Positions 47,101 through 56,124 of a stretch of 64,000 bases of DNA are shown piece after piece. Positions within the stretch are counted from its first letter, which is position 1; each line of letters starts with the position of its first letter. Made by a program: the position numbers and the translations under genes. A model generated the notes under the pieces. That model saw nothing but the letters and a program-made list of their open reading frames with translations, had not been told where the DNA came from and did not search any database. The stretch is from a virus (Duplodnaviria; Caudoviricetes), in IMG/VR virus record IMGVR_UViG_3300033562_000989, positions 14,399 through 78,398 of that record. One strand, 5' to 3'.

Positions 47101-49218
47101 GTTTTATACTAAGTTCTAATATATTATTCTTATCAAAATGCCCATCACCAGTAATAAATCCTATAAAATAGGCTTTTTCAGGAGAATCTATTTTTTCAAA
47201 TAAAAATTTGCAAGGTTTTTGATTAATAACACTTTCTCTTAACTCATATTTTCCAACATAATAATCAACAGTAGATTTAGATACACCTATAATCTCTGCA
47301 ATTTTTTTAAAGGTTTTACCTTCTTCTAAATAATTTTTTAATTCTTGTTTGTTCATATTTTTACTCTTTTATTTTTAATAATTTTCAAAATTTTGTATTT
47401 CATTTATTTACGTCTACCTGCCTGACCGATTGTATTAGTTACTTGACTAAATAGCTCCATAAATGGAACAACTCCTCCAGTAGTTTTTGCTGCATTGTTT
47501 ACATGAGCACTAGAAGGTCTTAAAACAGATACATCAACTCCGCAGTTATGAATATTTACAAATCCAAAATTTCCAGCATAGTAATTATTATTTCCTTCTA
47601 CAGAAATATCAATATAATTAAATTTTTCTAAATTATCTTCTATTATATTACAAAGTTTAGTTCTGGATAGTATTTCAAAATATTTTTTTTCAGTTATTAT
47701 TTCATAATCTCTTAAAAAAGCTAGATGAGCTTTACCACATTCCTTTAATTTTTGCAAATTATATGAATTAGTCTTTGCTAATCTGTATTCTTTACTAGTA
47801 GATGAAAATATTGTTGAATATTTAAAATCTACAATATTTTTAATTTCTAAATCTGTTAATTTTATATTATTTGATTGATGAGATTTAGATTTTATCAACA
47901 TTTTTTCTAATTTTAAATCATGCTTAATAAATTGCGTAATTTCTAGATAAATGTCAGAATCCTTATGAATATGTAAATTATAAATAGGTGATTCATTAGA
48001 TCTTTTAGGAATTTTTACACTAGTTGTAAATGGTTGGCCTATTAAAGATAAATACTGTGCAATTTCATCAATGGCGTTTTTAGCACAAATAGAAATATCT
48101 ATTCTGCCTGAATCTGTAATATATCCATCAGAATCTATTAATCCAGCTATAAAAGGTACCCACAAGTTATAATTTTTTACAAAAGATGGTACTTCCCAAG
48201 TATACGTTTTTTTATTTATTTGATTATCAAAATAAGTATCAAAAAGTAAATTATTGAAAGGATGTGTGCTGTAATATTCCCAGACTTCTGTTTTATAAGC
48301 AGGATTTCTTGATACATAAATAGAAGATTCTTTTATATTTAAAAGTTGTTCGTGTGCTAGTTTGTAGGCCTCAATTACATTTTTATTATCTCCATTTATT
48401 CTAATCCTAGGATCTTTTATTGAATCTGCATTACCATCCCCAAAATGACAACCTAAAAACCATCCAATATAATCTGAATCAGTTTTTTCATACTCAAAAG
48501 TTTTTAAATTAGGAGTCTTATTAGTACTATTTAATAATTTACCATCATTATAATTACTAAAAATGTAATTATCATTTTGTAAATTTAGGATAGGGTGTTT
48601 TTTAGATGTTTTTAATTTTACCCCATTCGAATAGTTCAACTCAATTTGGTCTTCTAAAGAAACATCCGTAAAATATTTATCGTCCACTAATTTCCATTCA
48701 TCTTGTAAAGTTTCTAGGTTAAATGATAATATATAATCACCAACATTTACATCTTTAATTGGAATGTTTCCTTTATCTTTTATTATAACTGGTGTACTCT
48801 CTTCAATACAGCCTCCTCTACGTTTATAAATTTGAGACATATTCTTTGAAGAGTTAAAAATATCTTCAATAGAGTCTTTAGTATCAAGAACGAAACAATT
48901 ACTTAGACTTACTGGTTTTCCTGTTCCTATTCCTGCAAGTACTGAACCACCAGGAATTATATATTTAAAATCTTTAAATAATTTTAGAAACCACTCTTTT
49001 CTATCAGAACAATCTAATCTTTCTTGTCCATAAACACTTAACTCATCATATTCTGTATCTGAGAGTGAACTAGCTTTTGGTGTATTATCTAATCTTGAAA
49101 ATTCAAATGCTACTCTTTCAAAAAACTCATCTAATGTCTCATCTCCTAATTGATACTTACTTTTCCATACTTGCTCTGCAAGTTCATCATTTTTAAAATA
49201 ATTGTTTTTTTCTTTCAT
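44188..49218 (-). CDS. nrdJ: Class II (B12-dependent) ribonucleotide reductase; exons 49218-47410 and 46224-44188; contains an intein; mature about 859 aa
   Basis: PGGSVLAG, SLSNCFV, RGG/CGVD, spliced GRR|GALM, GANISV, EPGILFWD, TNPCGEIP, TIAPTGT and a C-terminal Cys-rich ribbon. Confidence 0.9.
46225..47409 (-). mobile_element. Group I intron (1185 nt) in nrdJ
   Basis: U/G splice junctions restore RRGALM. IGS GCGTCT pairs with 5' exon AGACGT and ATGCCCT pairs with 3' exon GGGGCAT. P3, P4, P6, P7 (GACTA/TAGTC) and P8 are identifiable. Confidence 0.92.
46355..47356 (-). CDS. Intron-encoded double-motif LAGLIDADG homing endonuclease with N-terminal HTH
   Basis: YFIGFITGDGHF and LIQGFFDAEGCI. 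Confidence 0.88.
   Translation of the reverse strand: MNKQELKNYLEEGKTFKKIAEIIGVSKSTVDYYVGKYELRESVINQKPCKFLFEKIDSPEKAYFIGFITGDGHFDKNNILELSIKHDDREILKYIESFTDCDIVDDLSYNKSQKKFPSSTIRLKIEDVQTFIGGRLKKERSLPIVKQFLYKNLIQGFFDAEGCITWGYRKDRDRLWQKVSFTSSYSLLLSLQKILINFDISTAIKPKSGEDCYVMEFSNELDVFNFLQILPTEDYFLKRKRDNHLIWLRDTILKYTFNEGDIVKFVDKRTLAKYNIKSSINLKGSFTILKINNKECLLDNGMTINVNLLSKEGISNYALRLKLDEFGEGLVRE
47545..48810 (-). mobile_element. Intein (422 aa) with LAGLIDADG endonuclease in nrdJ
   Basis: Starts CIEESTPV after RRGG and ends NYYAGNFGFVNIHN before the +1 Cys (CGVD). Internal FLGCHFGDG and FIAGLIDSDG. Confidence 0.93.
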
Positions 49219-49292
49219 TTTTAATTTTTAGTAATTTTTATATTTTTTGCAAAAAATACAAAATTTTGATTTTTCATATTTTTATTATAATG

Positions 49293-49323
49293 CAAAGATA
49301 CAAAAAAATTCTGACATATCAAA
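49293..49323 (-). promoter_or_regulatory. Bacteroidota sigma-A promoter upstream of nrdJ
   Basis: TTTG-N19-TATCTTTG on the - strand. Confidence 0.75.
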
Positions 49324-49340
49324 ATCCCTCAAATAATCAT

Positions 49341-49634
49341 TTAAGAGTTTATCAATTTAGATTGTAATTTAGTATTTAATAGTTCATTAATTAAATCTAA
49401 AGTTAATTCTTTTTTACTTTCAGACCAATATGCAGCATATTCTTCAAGATTTTCATCTTCAAAAACAAGAAATGGAAGTTTTTTAGCACCATGTCTTGTC
49501 ATTATTGGAATAGCGTTCTTTTTTTCTTTATAATGATCATAATTGTATTTTTCAATAAATACTCTGTCTAACTTACCTATTAATTTTAAACAGTTTTTTG
49601 TATCATTATTATATATTACTTTAATTATTCTCAT
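49341..49634 (-). CDS. Hypothetical protein, possible degenerate thioredoxin/glutaredoxin-like fold
   Basis: Lies next to nrdJ; HGAKKLPFLVF pattern but no CxxC. Confidence 0.4.
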   Translation of the reverse strand: MRIIKVIYNNDTKNCLKLIGKLDRVFIEKYNYDHYKEKKNAIPIMTRHGAKKLPFLVFEDENLEEYAAYWSESKKELTLDLINELLNTKLQSKLINS

Positions 49635-49897
49635 TCTTCTCCTTGAATATATTGTTTAATTATTTGACCATTTTTATCAGTTAATATTCTCAATGAAATA
49701 TCTAATTTAATACAAGCTTTTTTTACAGATTCCATTAAATTAAAATGTCCCATTTGTATCATCATTATAATACCTTGTATTTGTTGAGGATTAGTTATAG
49801 GTTTTTCGAATAAATCTGTTACTGCTATAATATATTCAGTTATATCTTGCTGTGAGATTTGACTTCCAGCAATTATTTTTTTTATTACTTCTTTCAC
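49631..49897 (-). CDS. Hypothetical protein, 88 aa (TGA stop overlapping the next ATG)
   Basis: Intact ORF; TGA-GAA-TAA end. Confidence 0.6.
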   Translation of the reverse strand: MKEVIKKIIAGSQISQQDITEYIIAVTDLFEKPITNPQQIQGIIMMIQMGHFNLMESVKKACIKLDISLRILTDKNGQIIKQYIQGEE

Positions 49898-49927
49898 TTT
49901 TGGTTATTATTTTACGTCTGAATATAT

Positions 49928-50001
49928 TTTTAAGACATTCTAATTAACTAATTATATAAAGTTTTATATTTATATTCATTGAAAATTAGAATGTCTTAAA
50001 A
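49928..50001. repeat. Perfect 18-bp inverted repeat with 38-nt spacer
   Basis: ttttaagacattctaatt (49928-49945) / aattagaatgtcttaaaa (49984-50001), intergenic. Confidence 0.9.
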
Positions 50002-50007
50002 TAAAAT

Positions 50008-50184
50008 TTATACTTCTTCTAAAAGTATTTCTTCTATAATGAAATCAGTGTGAGTTAAAGCCCTACTAAGATTATCTAAGGCTTCTTCTCTAATTGATTC
50101 AATATATTGTTCAGTTGCATTTGTTGGAACATCTACATCAAGAGTGATAATAGCTGTAACAATGATTGTTTTTAAATCTTCCAT
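50008..50184 (-). CDS. Small hypothetical protein, 58 aa (not in track)
   Basis: MEDLKTIIVTAIITLDVDVPTN...IIEEILLEEV*; starts 2 nt after the upstream stop. Confidence 0.55.
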   Translation of the reverse strand: MEDLKTIIVTAIITLDVDVPTNATEQYIESIREEALDNLSRALTHTDFIIEEILLEEV

Positions 50185-50186
50185 TT

Positions 50187-50531
50187 TTATAATGTAAAAA
50201 TATAATAATTATTTATCTCATCATAATTTTCACTAATTGAATCTAAACTAAAAAAATTTCTAACTAAATCTTCATTTATTGTTACAAATTTTTTATATTC
50301 AAAGTCACTATAATCTAAAGCTGATTGAATATATCCTATTTCATCTTCACTCATATTGTCAAGATAAGTATCAACTTCTTCACTTGTTAAAATTAAATAA
50401 TCATAATTATCATAACTAAAATAGATATTTGTTTCTTGTGATATATCCAAAGATTGTTCCTTATCTAATTCTAAATATTCAACTAATGCTGCTATTTTAG
50501 GATTAATTTTTTCTTCTAAATTTTTTTCCAT
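50187..50531 (-). CDS. Hypothetical acidic protein, 114 aa
   Basis: Intact ORF in operon. Confidence 0.6.
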   Translation of the reverse strand: MEKNLEEKINPKIAALVEYLELDKEQSLDISQETNIYFSYDNYDYLILTSEEVDTYLDNMSEDEIGYIQSALDYSDFEYKKFVTINEDLVRNFFSLDSISENYDEINNYYIFTL

Positions 50532-50533
50532 AA

Positions 50534-51298
50534 TTAAACTTTTAATAATTTGTTTATAATCATTATCTTTTCAAATTTATTTAAAAGATCTTTATTATCA
50601 TCTGTTAATACTTGTGTAAATGCATTATATACATCAAATAATGAGGGATCTATACCCATTGGTATATAATAATCACTACTTGTATCTACAAATAATTTTT
50701 TATAAGCATCAACTGGAGTAGAAACAGCAATTTTAACTTTACCATAACCATAATCTTCATGTTCTCTTAATGAATAATCTACCCATTCACCAAGATACTG
50801 AGTTTGCATATCACGACTTAAATAAGTATCTTTTAAAGATTTAAGCTTAATGCCAAAATCACTTGTATATTCCATTAAATTTTTAATTGGTTTAAAGTTA
50901 ATTGGCTCTCCTGGTGCTAATTCTTGAATATTAATCCAGTCTGGATTAAATACACACATATTAGTACAAGCTCTATTTAAGTATGAACGATATATCTTAA
51001 CCATAGGTTTTTTAACATCAATTCCATATAAAAATCCAACTACTTCATCATGATTATCAATACAATGTTTTTCTGGTAATACAGCTTCAATTAGTACTCT
51101 ATTAAAGGCTAAGTCAGCTACACTACCTGCATTAGTAGTCATTTGATCTGGAGTTTTAACTTTAATTCTAAAGTCATTTGTAAATGCAGACATCTTTTCA
51201 ATAAAAGGTTCTACATATCGTTTTGTTTCGAAGTATTCCTTCGTTTTTATCATTGTTGATTTACCTTTAAGTAAATCTTGTAAAGTTATATCAGCCAT
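50534..51298 (-). CDS. Conserved crAss-like protein, DUF932-like
   Basis: LNRACTNMCVF motif and overall resemblance, recalled rather than searched. Confidence 0.5.
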   Translation of the reverse strand: MADITLQDLLKGKSTMIKTKEYFETKRYVEPFIEKMSAFTNDFRIKVKTPDQMTTNAGSVADLAFNRVLIEAVLPEKHCIDNHDEVVGFLYGIDVKKPMVKIYRSYLNRACTNMCVFNPDWINIQELAPGEPINFKPIKNLMEYTSDFGIKLKSLKDTYLSRDMQTQYLGEWVDYSLREHEDYGYGKVKIAVSTPVDAYKKLFVDTSSDYYIPMGIDPSLFDVYNAFTQVLTDDNKDLLNKFEKIMIINKLLKV

Positions 51299-51522
51299 TA
51301 ATCTATTATTTTGTTTAAATCATAACTATTTAATATTTCATAAAAGTTTTCTGATAATTTTTCAATTTCATCATATCCTGCTTCTTCTCCATATTTTAAT
51401 CTATTACGAAACATTTGTTTAATATCCCATAAAGCCAAAGACATATCTTCAGCTTTTATATAAGTTTTATGAAGATTAAAATCTTCATCCTTTTCTGTAT
51501 CAAATTCCAGTATTACTTTCAT
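51298..51522 (-). CDS. Hypothetical protein, 74 aa
   Basis: Intact ORF coupled to its neighbours. Confidence 0.6.
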   Translation of the reverse strand: MKVILEFDTEKDEDFNLHKTYIKAEDMSLALWDIKQMFRNRLKYGEEAGYDEIEKLSENFYEILNSYDLNKIID

Positions 51523-51727
51523 CTTCTTTTAATTTTATTACTTCATTAATCATTTTCTGAATTTCTTTTAATTCAACTAAATCTATATTACAATAAGTAT
51601 CATCTTCATCATCACAAGTATGTAATTGAAATTGCATTCTTCCTATATAACAAATACGAAACATAAATTCTCCATATTCATCTTCTGAAATAAATTCAAT
51701 ATTTTCTTTATTTCTAATTGTTTTCAT
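51500..51727 (-). CDS. Hypothetical protein, 75 aa (TGA stop)
   Basis: Intact ORF overlapping both neighbours. Confidence 0.5.
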   Translation of the reverse strand: MKTIRNKENIEFISEDEYGEFMFRICYIGRMQFQLHTCDDEDDTYCNIDLVELKEIQKMINEVIKLKEDESNTGI

Positions 51728-51986
51728 TATCTATATCATAACTAACATTCATATAACCAAAACTATCACAAATATACCCATCACCACCAATTAATTCTTG
51801 TAATAAATCATATCCATAATCATAATCAGCAAATTCCTCAGATTCTTCAATTAATTCTTGCAATTCAATTGCATCTTCTAATGTAATATCTTCTCCAATT
51901 AGTAATCCTACTGTCCTAACAACAGTTTCTTCAGCTCTAATCCAAAGTCTTTGACCTTCTTTTAATTCTTCCATTTTATTTTCCAT
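51714..51986 (-). CDS. Hypothetical acidic protein, 90 aa
   Basis: Intact ORF in operon. Confidence 0.55.
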   Translation of the reverse strand: MENKMEELKEGQRLWIRAEETVVRTVGLLIGEDITLEDAIELQELIEESEEFADYDYGYDLLQELIGGDGYICDSFGYMNVSYDIDNENN

Positions 51987-52233
51987 TTTTATATATGATT
52001 TTTGTTGTTTCAGGATCTTGAATTTCTAAAGTAGCATACCCATCATTATCTTCTATTGAAGTTTCATTCCAAGTATCATAAATTGGTTCGGAATAAACAA
52101 TATCTAAATCATCATAATTTTCAACAGCATCAATTACTTTCTGTTTAGCTTCATCATAAGAATCAGCTTCTATTTCAATGCAATCTCGATACCAAATTGT
52201 ACCGAATTCATCTTTAAAAAATGTATATTTCAT
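51976..52233 (-). CDS. Hypothetical acidic protein, 85 aa
   Basis: Intact ORF in operon. Confidence 0.6.
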   Translation of the reverse strand: MKYTFFKDEFGTIWYRDCIEIEADSYDEAKQKVIDAVENYDDLDIVYSEPIYDTWNETSIEDNDGYATLEIQDPETTKIIYKNGK

Positions 52234-52234
52234 T

Positions 52235-53806
52235 TTAATATAATGTTGTATAAGACATAGTGTCTTTATTTAAAATAATTAACTGTCGTTTACCATGTTT
52301 ATTTAAAGTACATGAAGCATAAGCCCAACCTGATAAACCTTTATTATATCCATGTTGCATTTGACATGATATACCAACTTGATAACATCCTCCTGAAATT
52401 TGAGGTGAGTGTGAATGACCAATAATAGTTTTACTAGATAGTTTAGAAAATGCACCAGCACTACCTTTAGAACCATTTGGACCTTTATGACCATGAAGTG
52501 CTAATTCTACATCACGATGAATGTAAGAATCATCAACTCCAAAAGCTTTTATATTTTTAAATGTATTATTAATTGTATAAGGTATAACTCCATTTTTAGC
52601 TTTGCCGGATAAAGTAAGTTTTAACATATCAACAAAAATAACTGCATTTTTCATATTATCTCTCCAATCACCTTGCCACATAGCTCTATCTAACATATCA
52701 TCATGATTAGATGCAATAACTAAAGTTTCTCTCATATGAGTTTCAAACCATTGAAGTTCTTCTTTCATTTGTTCTAATTCTTTCTTTAAATCATCTTTTC
52801 CTTCAGTCATTAACTGATGTTTTACAACACCATTTTTAGCATTATGTACATTTAATGATTCAGAATCCCAAACATCATGCAATACAGACATTTCAATTCC
52901 TAAATCTAAACATAATTTTCTAAATGCTAAAGTAACACGTTCTTCTTTTTGAGCAAAATGAGAATCTCCCCAAACTAAAGTTTCCACTGTTTCTGTAGTA
53001 ACTCCATTATCATCAACTCTATAAATTAAATCATTAAAATTACCATATATATCAGCAGATACATTCCTAATATGTACAATATCATCATTTTCTATTTCGA
53101 CAATTACAAATCCATAAGCATGATGTTCTGCTTGTTTACCTCCTGCAACTGAATCTGTGAAACTTGGAACAGTTACACTACCAGTTGAATGAAGAAATTT
53201 TTGTTTTTGATTTGGTAAAACAGGTACACTTCTCATTTCAATTTTTGGACTACCAACAATAACTGAAGAAATACCACCAAATAATTCTATACCACTTGTT
53301 GGATTTGGACTTGTGGCTTGTATTTTTAAATCTGCTAAAAGTAAACAATTATTATGTAATTGTTGTCTATTAGCTGTTAAGTATTTATGTGTTTTTTCAT
53401 CCCAAACATCACCTTCTTCTGCCCAAATAGAAGTTGGATTTCTATATCTTGTTGCTATAATACCAATTTCTGCATCAATATATTCAGCATATACTTCAAT
53501 TTTACGAAGAAAATCTTCATTAATTGGAGATGCTGTTTGAGCACTAGTAATTATATATCTTTTTTTCTTTTTTAAAGTATGTAGTTTAGCTGCTGAGAAC
53601 TGAGAAGGAGTTAAAATCATCCCCAATGATTCAATATACTCTGTAACTACTTCTTTTGTTGTATTAAAATGTTCTACTAATATATTTAGTTTATCTTCTA
53701 ATGTTAAAGTATTATTACTACAAATTCTTTTAATATATCTTTGATCTACTTTTGCTAAATCTATCTTAACTTCCTCTGTAGTTACTTCAATATTCTCTTT
53801 ATTCAT
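52235..53806 (-). CDS. Calcineurin-like metallophosphoesterase-domain protein, 523 aa
   Basis: WGDSH, LHDVWD, SNHDDML, LHGHKG, IGHSHSP. Confidence 0.75.
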   Translation of the reverse strand: MNKENIEVTTEEVKIDLAKVDQRYIKRICSNNTLTLEDKLNILVEHFNTTKEVVTEYIESLGMILTPSQFSAAKLHTLKKKKRYIITSAQTASPINEDFLRKIEVYAEYIDAEIGIIATRYRNPTSIWAEEGDVWDEKTHKYLTANRQQLHNNCLLLADLKIQATSPNPTSGIELFGGISSVIVGSPKIEMRSVPVLPNQKQKFLHSTGSVTVPSFTDSVAGGKQAEHHAYGFVIVEIENDDIVHIRNVSADIYGNFNDLIYRVDDNGVTTETVETLVWGDSHFAQKEERVTLAFRKLCLDLGIEMSVLHDVWDSESLNVHNAKNGVVKHQLMTEGKDDLKKELEQMKEELQWFETHMRETLVIASNHDDMLDRAMWQGDWRDNMKNAVIFVDMLKLTLSGKAKNGVIPYTINNTFKNIKAFGVDDSYIHRDVELALHGHKGPNGSKGSAGAFSKLSSKTIIGHSHSPQISGGCYQVGISCQMQHGYNKGLSGWAYASCTLNKHGKRQLIILNKDTMSYTTLY

Positions 53807-53852
53807 TCAATTTTATTTATGGATTATACTCCGTTAGTTATTGGTATTAAAT

Positions 53853-53889
53853 AAAAAAAGGTCAATAGAAATTAATCTATTGACCTTTT
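53853..53889 (-). terminator. Intrinsic terminator
   Basis: Stem aaaaggtcaataga / tctattgacctttt with a U-run on the - strand. Confidence 0.8.
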
Positions 53890-53997
53890 AGTATGGTTAA
53901 CGTCGATATTTGACGAATGATTTAGGTTCATTATACCACTCAAATTTAGTAGAGTTTCGATGTTTAATTCAAAGAGGTAAACAATCCGCTGGTAATC

Positions 53998-54585
53998 TTA
54001 GACTTCTTTGTTGAAAAAGATGAATTTACCTAATTTAGCTGATTCTGATGGAGTGTAATCCACAAAAGCTGCATATTTTTGTCCTTCAACGATTTCTTCA
54101 ACGATTTCAATACCATAAGCACGTTTATTAGCTGTAGTAAGTTTTTTAGCAGCTGCAACAGCTTCACTTTTCTTACTTTCACGACCAACTACTACACCTA
54201 AAACTACTGATTTTGGATCAACAACTTTAATTGTTTCTTCAACACCTTCTTCGTTAACAACTGTAGAAGTTTTAGTTTTAAAACTAGCTTCTTTAATTTG
54301 ATATACACGTTTTGATTTGCGTTTACCATCAGTTACTACATTAATAACAGAATATGGACGAAGACGAGTGTCTTTTGACGATCCATCAACTACAATAAAT
54401 GTTCCAACAGCTTTGTTGGCAGTCATATATTCAGCCATGAATTTATTCAATTCTTTTGTGTTCATAGGTGAACCTTCTTTTTTCCATTTTTGGGTTGCAT
54501 TTTTCAATAATGCAAAGTCTACATCTAATCCTGTTGTTTCGTAAGCTGCTGCTTTAGTAAATCCTTGTGCTTCAATTGTTCTCAT
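53998..54585 (-). CDS. Conserved crAss-like basic protein of unknown function, 195 aa
   Basis: Intact ORF with its own promoter and terminator. Confidence 0.75.
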   Translation of the reverse strand: MRTIEAQGFTKAAAYETTGLDVDFALLKNATQKWKKEGSPMNTKELNKFMAEYMTANKAVGTFIVVDGSSKDTRLRPYSVINVVTDGKRKSKRVYQIKEASFKTKTSTVVNEEGVEETIKVVDPKSVVLGVVVGRESKKSEAVAAAKKLTTANKRAYGIEIVEEIVEGQKYAAFVDYTPSESAKLGKFIFFNKEV

Positions 54586-54691
54586 AATTCCTTAACATTT
54601 TTTTATTTATAAATTTTTATCTTGTAGTTTCTTATCTATATAATTTTTTGTATTTAAAAATACAAAACACATTTTTATCTCTTTTGTTATA

Positions 54692-54723
54692 CAAAGGTAC
54701 AACATTTTTTCCAATCTACCAAA
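54692..54723 (-). promoter_or_regulatory. Bacteroidota sigma-A promoter
   Basis: TTTG-N20-TACCTTTG on the - strand upstream of ATG 54585. Confidence 0.75.
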
Positions 54724-54793
54724 TATTTTAACCTTTATTTTTAAAAGAAATGAATATTTTTTAAAAATAGGATAGAATTAATATTTTAATAAA

Positions 54794-55759
54794 TTAAAAA
54801 CCAATGGCAATTTTGTTGTGAACAAAACTATCATATCGTTGTTTAGCTAGTGGATTTTTAATTTGTTCAACAACTTGGTCAAATCCATTACCTAAAACAT
54901 AAGTTCCAATAAATAATTCTTTTAATTGAGACATAGAAAATTTTGATGATGCTTTTACAAACATTTCTAAATCGGATTCTTCTACACCTTTAAATTTAAA
55001 AAATTCTAATCTAGATGCTTTTGTTGGATAACCAATAACTACTCTCATATCCATTCTACTAGGCCTAATTATTGCATCTGATAAATCTGAAGAATCATTA
55101 GTAGTTGCAATAACTAAATGATGATCAATACTCATTTTACCATCTAAAAAATCTAAAAATTCAGGTTCTATTGAATCATTTACTAATTTATCAATATCTT
55201 CAATTACAGTTATTATATTTCTATCTGGTTCAATCTTTCTTAATGTATTTTTAAAGAAATCATATATTAATGAAAAATCTCTAGCAGAGTTGACTATAAA
55301 TACTAAACCGTCTTTTTTAATTAATTCTTGAATTAATAATGTAATAGTTACACTTTTACCTGTACCTGGACTGCCTTCTAATAAAATTCCTCTTTTATGA
55401 ATCATTTTATACTTTTTAAATTCATCTGCTCTTGCCCAAAACTTTTCAGTTTCATTTAAAATTAATTGTGAAGTTGAATCAGGTAATAAACATAATCCAT
55501 CAGAAGAAATAGCTTGTGGAATACACGTAAGTTGTTCATTAATAATACCTACTTTGTAAATACCTTTTTTCATTTTCTTTACAACTGTTACAGAAATTGC
55601 AGGAGTATAATTACCTTTTGTCTCAATCCAATTACTATAATCTTCATAAATTATAGGTTCATCATCCTCATAAAAATCTTGTAACATATATTCATTAATG
55701 TCAAGATCTGCTTCTTTTATTTCTACTATACTTTTATTCATTATTAAAATGGAAGCCAC
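54794..55759 (-). CDS. AAA+ ATPase
   Basis: GILLEGSPGTGKS, VIEDID, ATTN, IIRPSRMD. Confidence 0.88.
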   Translation of the reverse strand: MASILIMNKSIVEIKEADLDINEYMLQDFYEDDEPIIYEDYSNWIETKGNYTPAISVTVVKKMKKGIYKVGIINEQLTCIPQAISSDGLCLLPDSTSQLILNETEKFWARADEFKKYKMIHKRGILLEGSPGTGKSVTITLLIQELIKKDGLVFIVNSARDFSLIYDFFKNTLRKIEPDRNIITVIEDIDKLVNDSIEPEFLDFLDGKMSIDHHLVIATTNDSSDLSDAIIRPSRMDMRVVIGYPTKASRLEFFKFKGVEESDLEMFVKASSKFSMSQLKELFIGTYVLGNGFDQVVEQIKNPLAKQRYDSFVHNKIAIGF

Positions 55760-56121
55760 TCTTCCAATATATTTTTAATTTTTGTTATTATTTCTGCAGA
55801 AGTTTTTAATCCAAATGAATCAATTTCATTAATTCCAACCATCATATCATCACAAACAATACTTAATCCAATTAAATAATGATCATAACCATTATTAGAA
55901 TTTAATGTTCTACTAATAATTTTTTCTATTACATCTTTTGGAGTAACAGTTTTATTATCTACAGACATTTTTTGACTAACTAAACAAATTAATGATATTA
56001 ATATTAATTTATTATTCATTTTTCCAGAAGTTTGTGTACCGCTAGAAAAGAATGATGAGTATAAAGTTCTTTTATCATCATAATTTGCATCATTAATCAT
56101 CTTTTTTATATCTTCATGCAT
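55744..56121 (-). CDS. Hypothetical protein, 125 aa
   Basis: Intact ORF in operon. Confidence 0.65.
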   Translation of the reverse strand: MHEDIKKMINDANYDDKRTLYSSFFSSGTQTSGKMNNKLILISLICLVSQKMSVDNKTVTPKDVIEKIISRTLNSNNGYDHYLIGLSIVCDDMMVGINEIDSFGLKTSAEIITKIKNILEEWLPF

Positions 56122-56124
56122 ATT

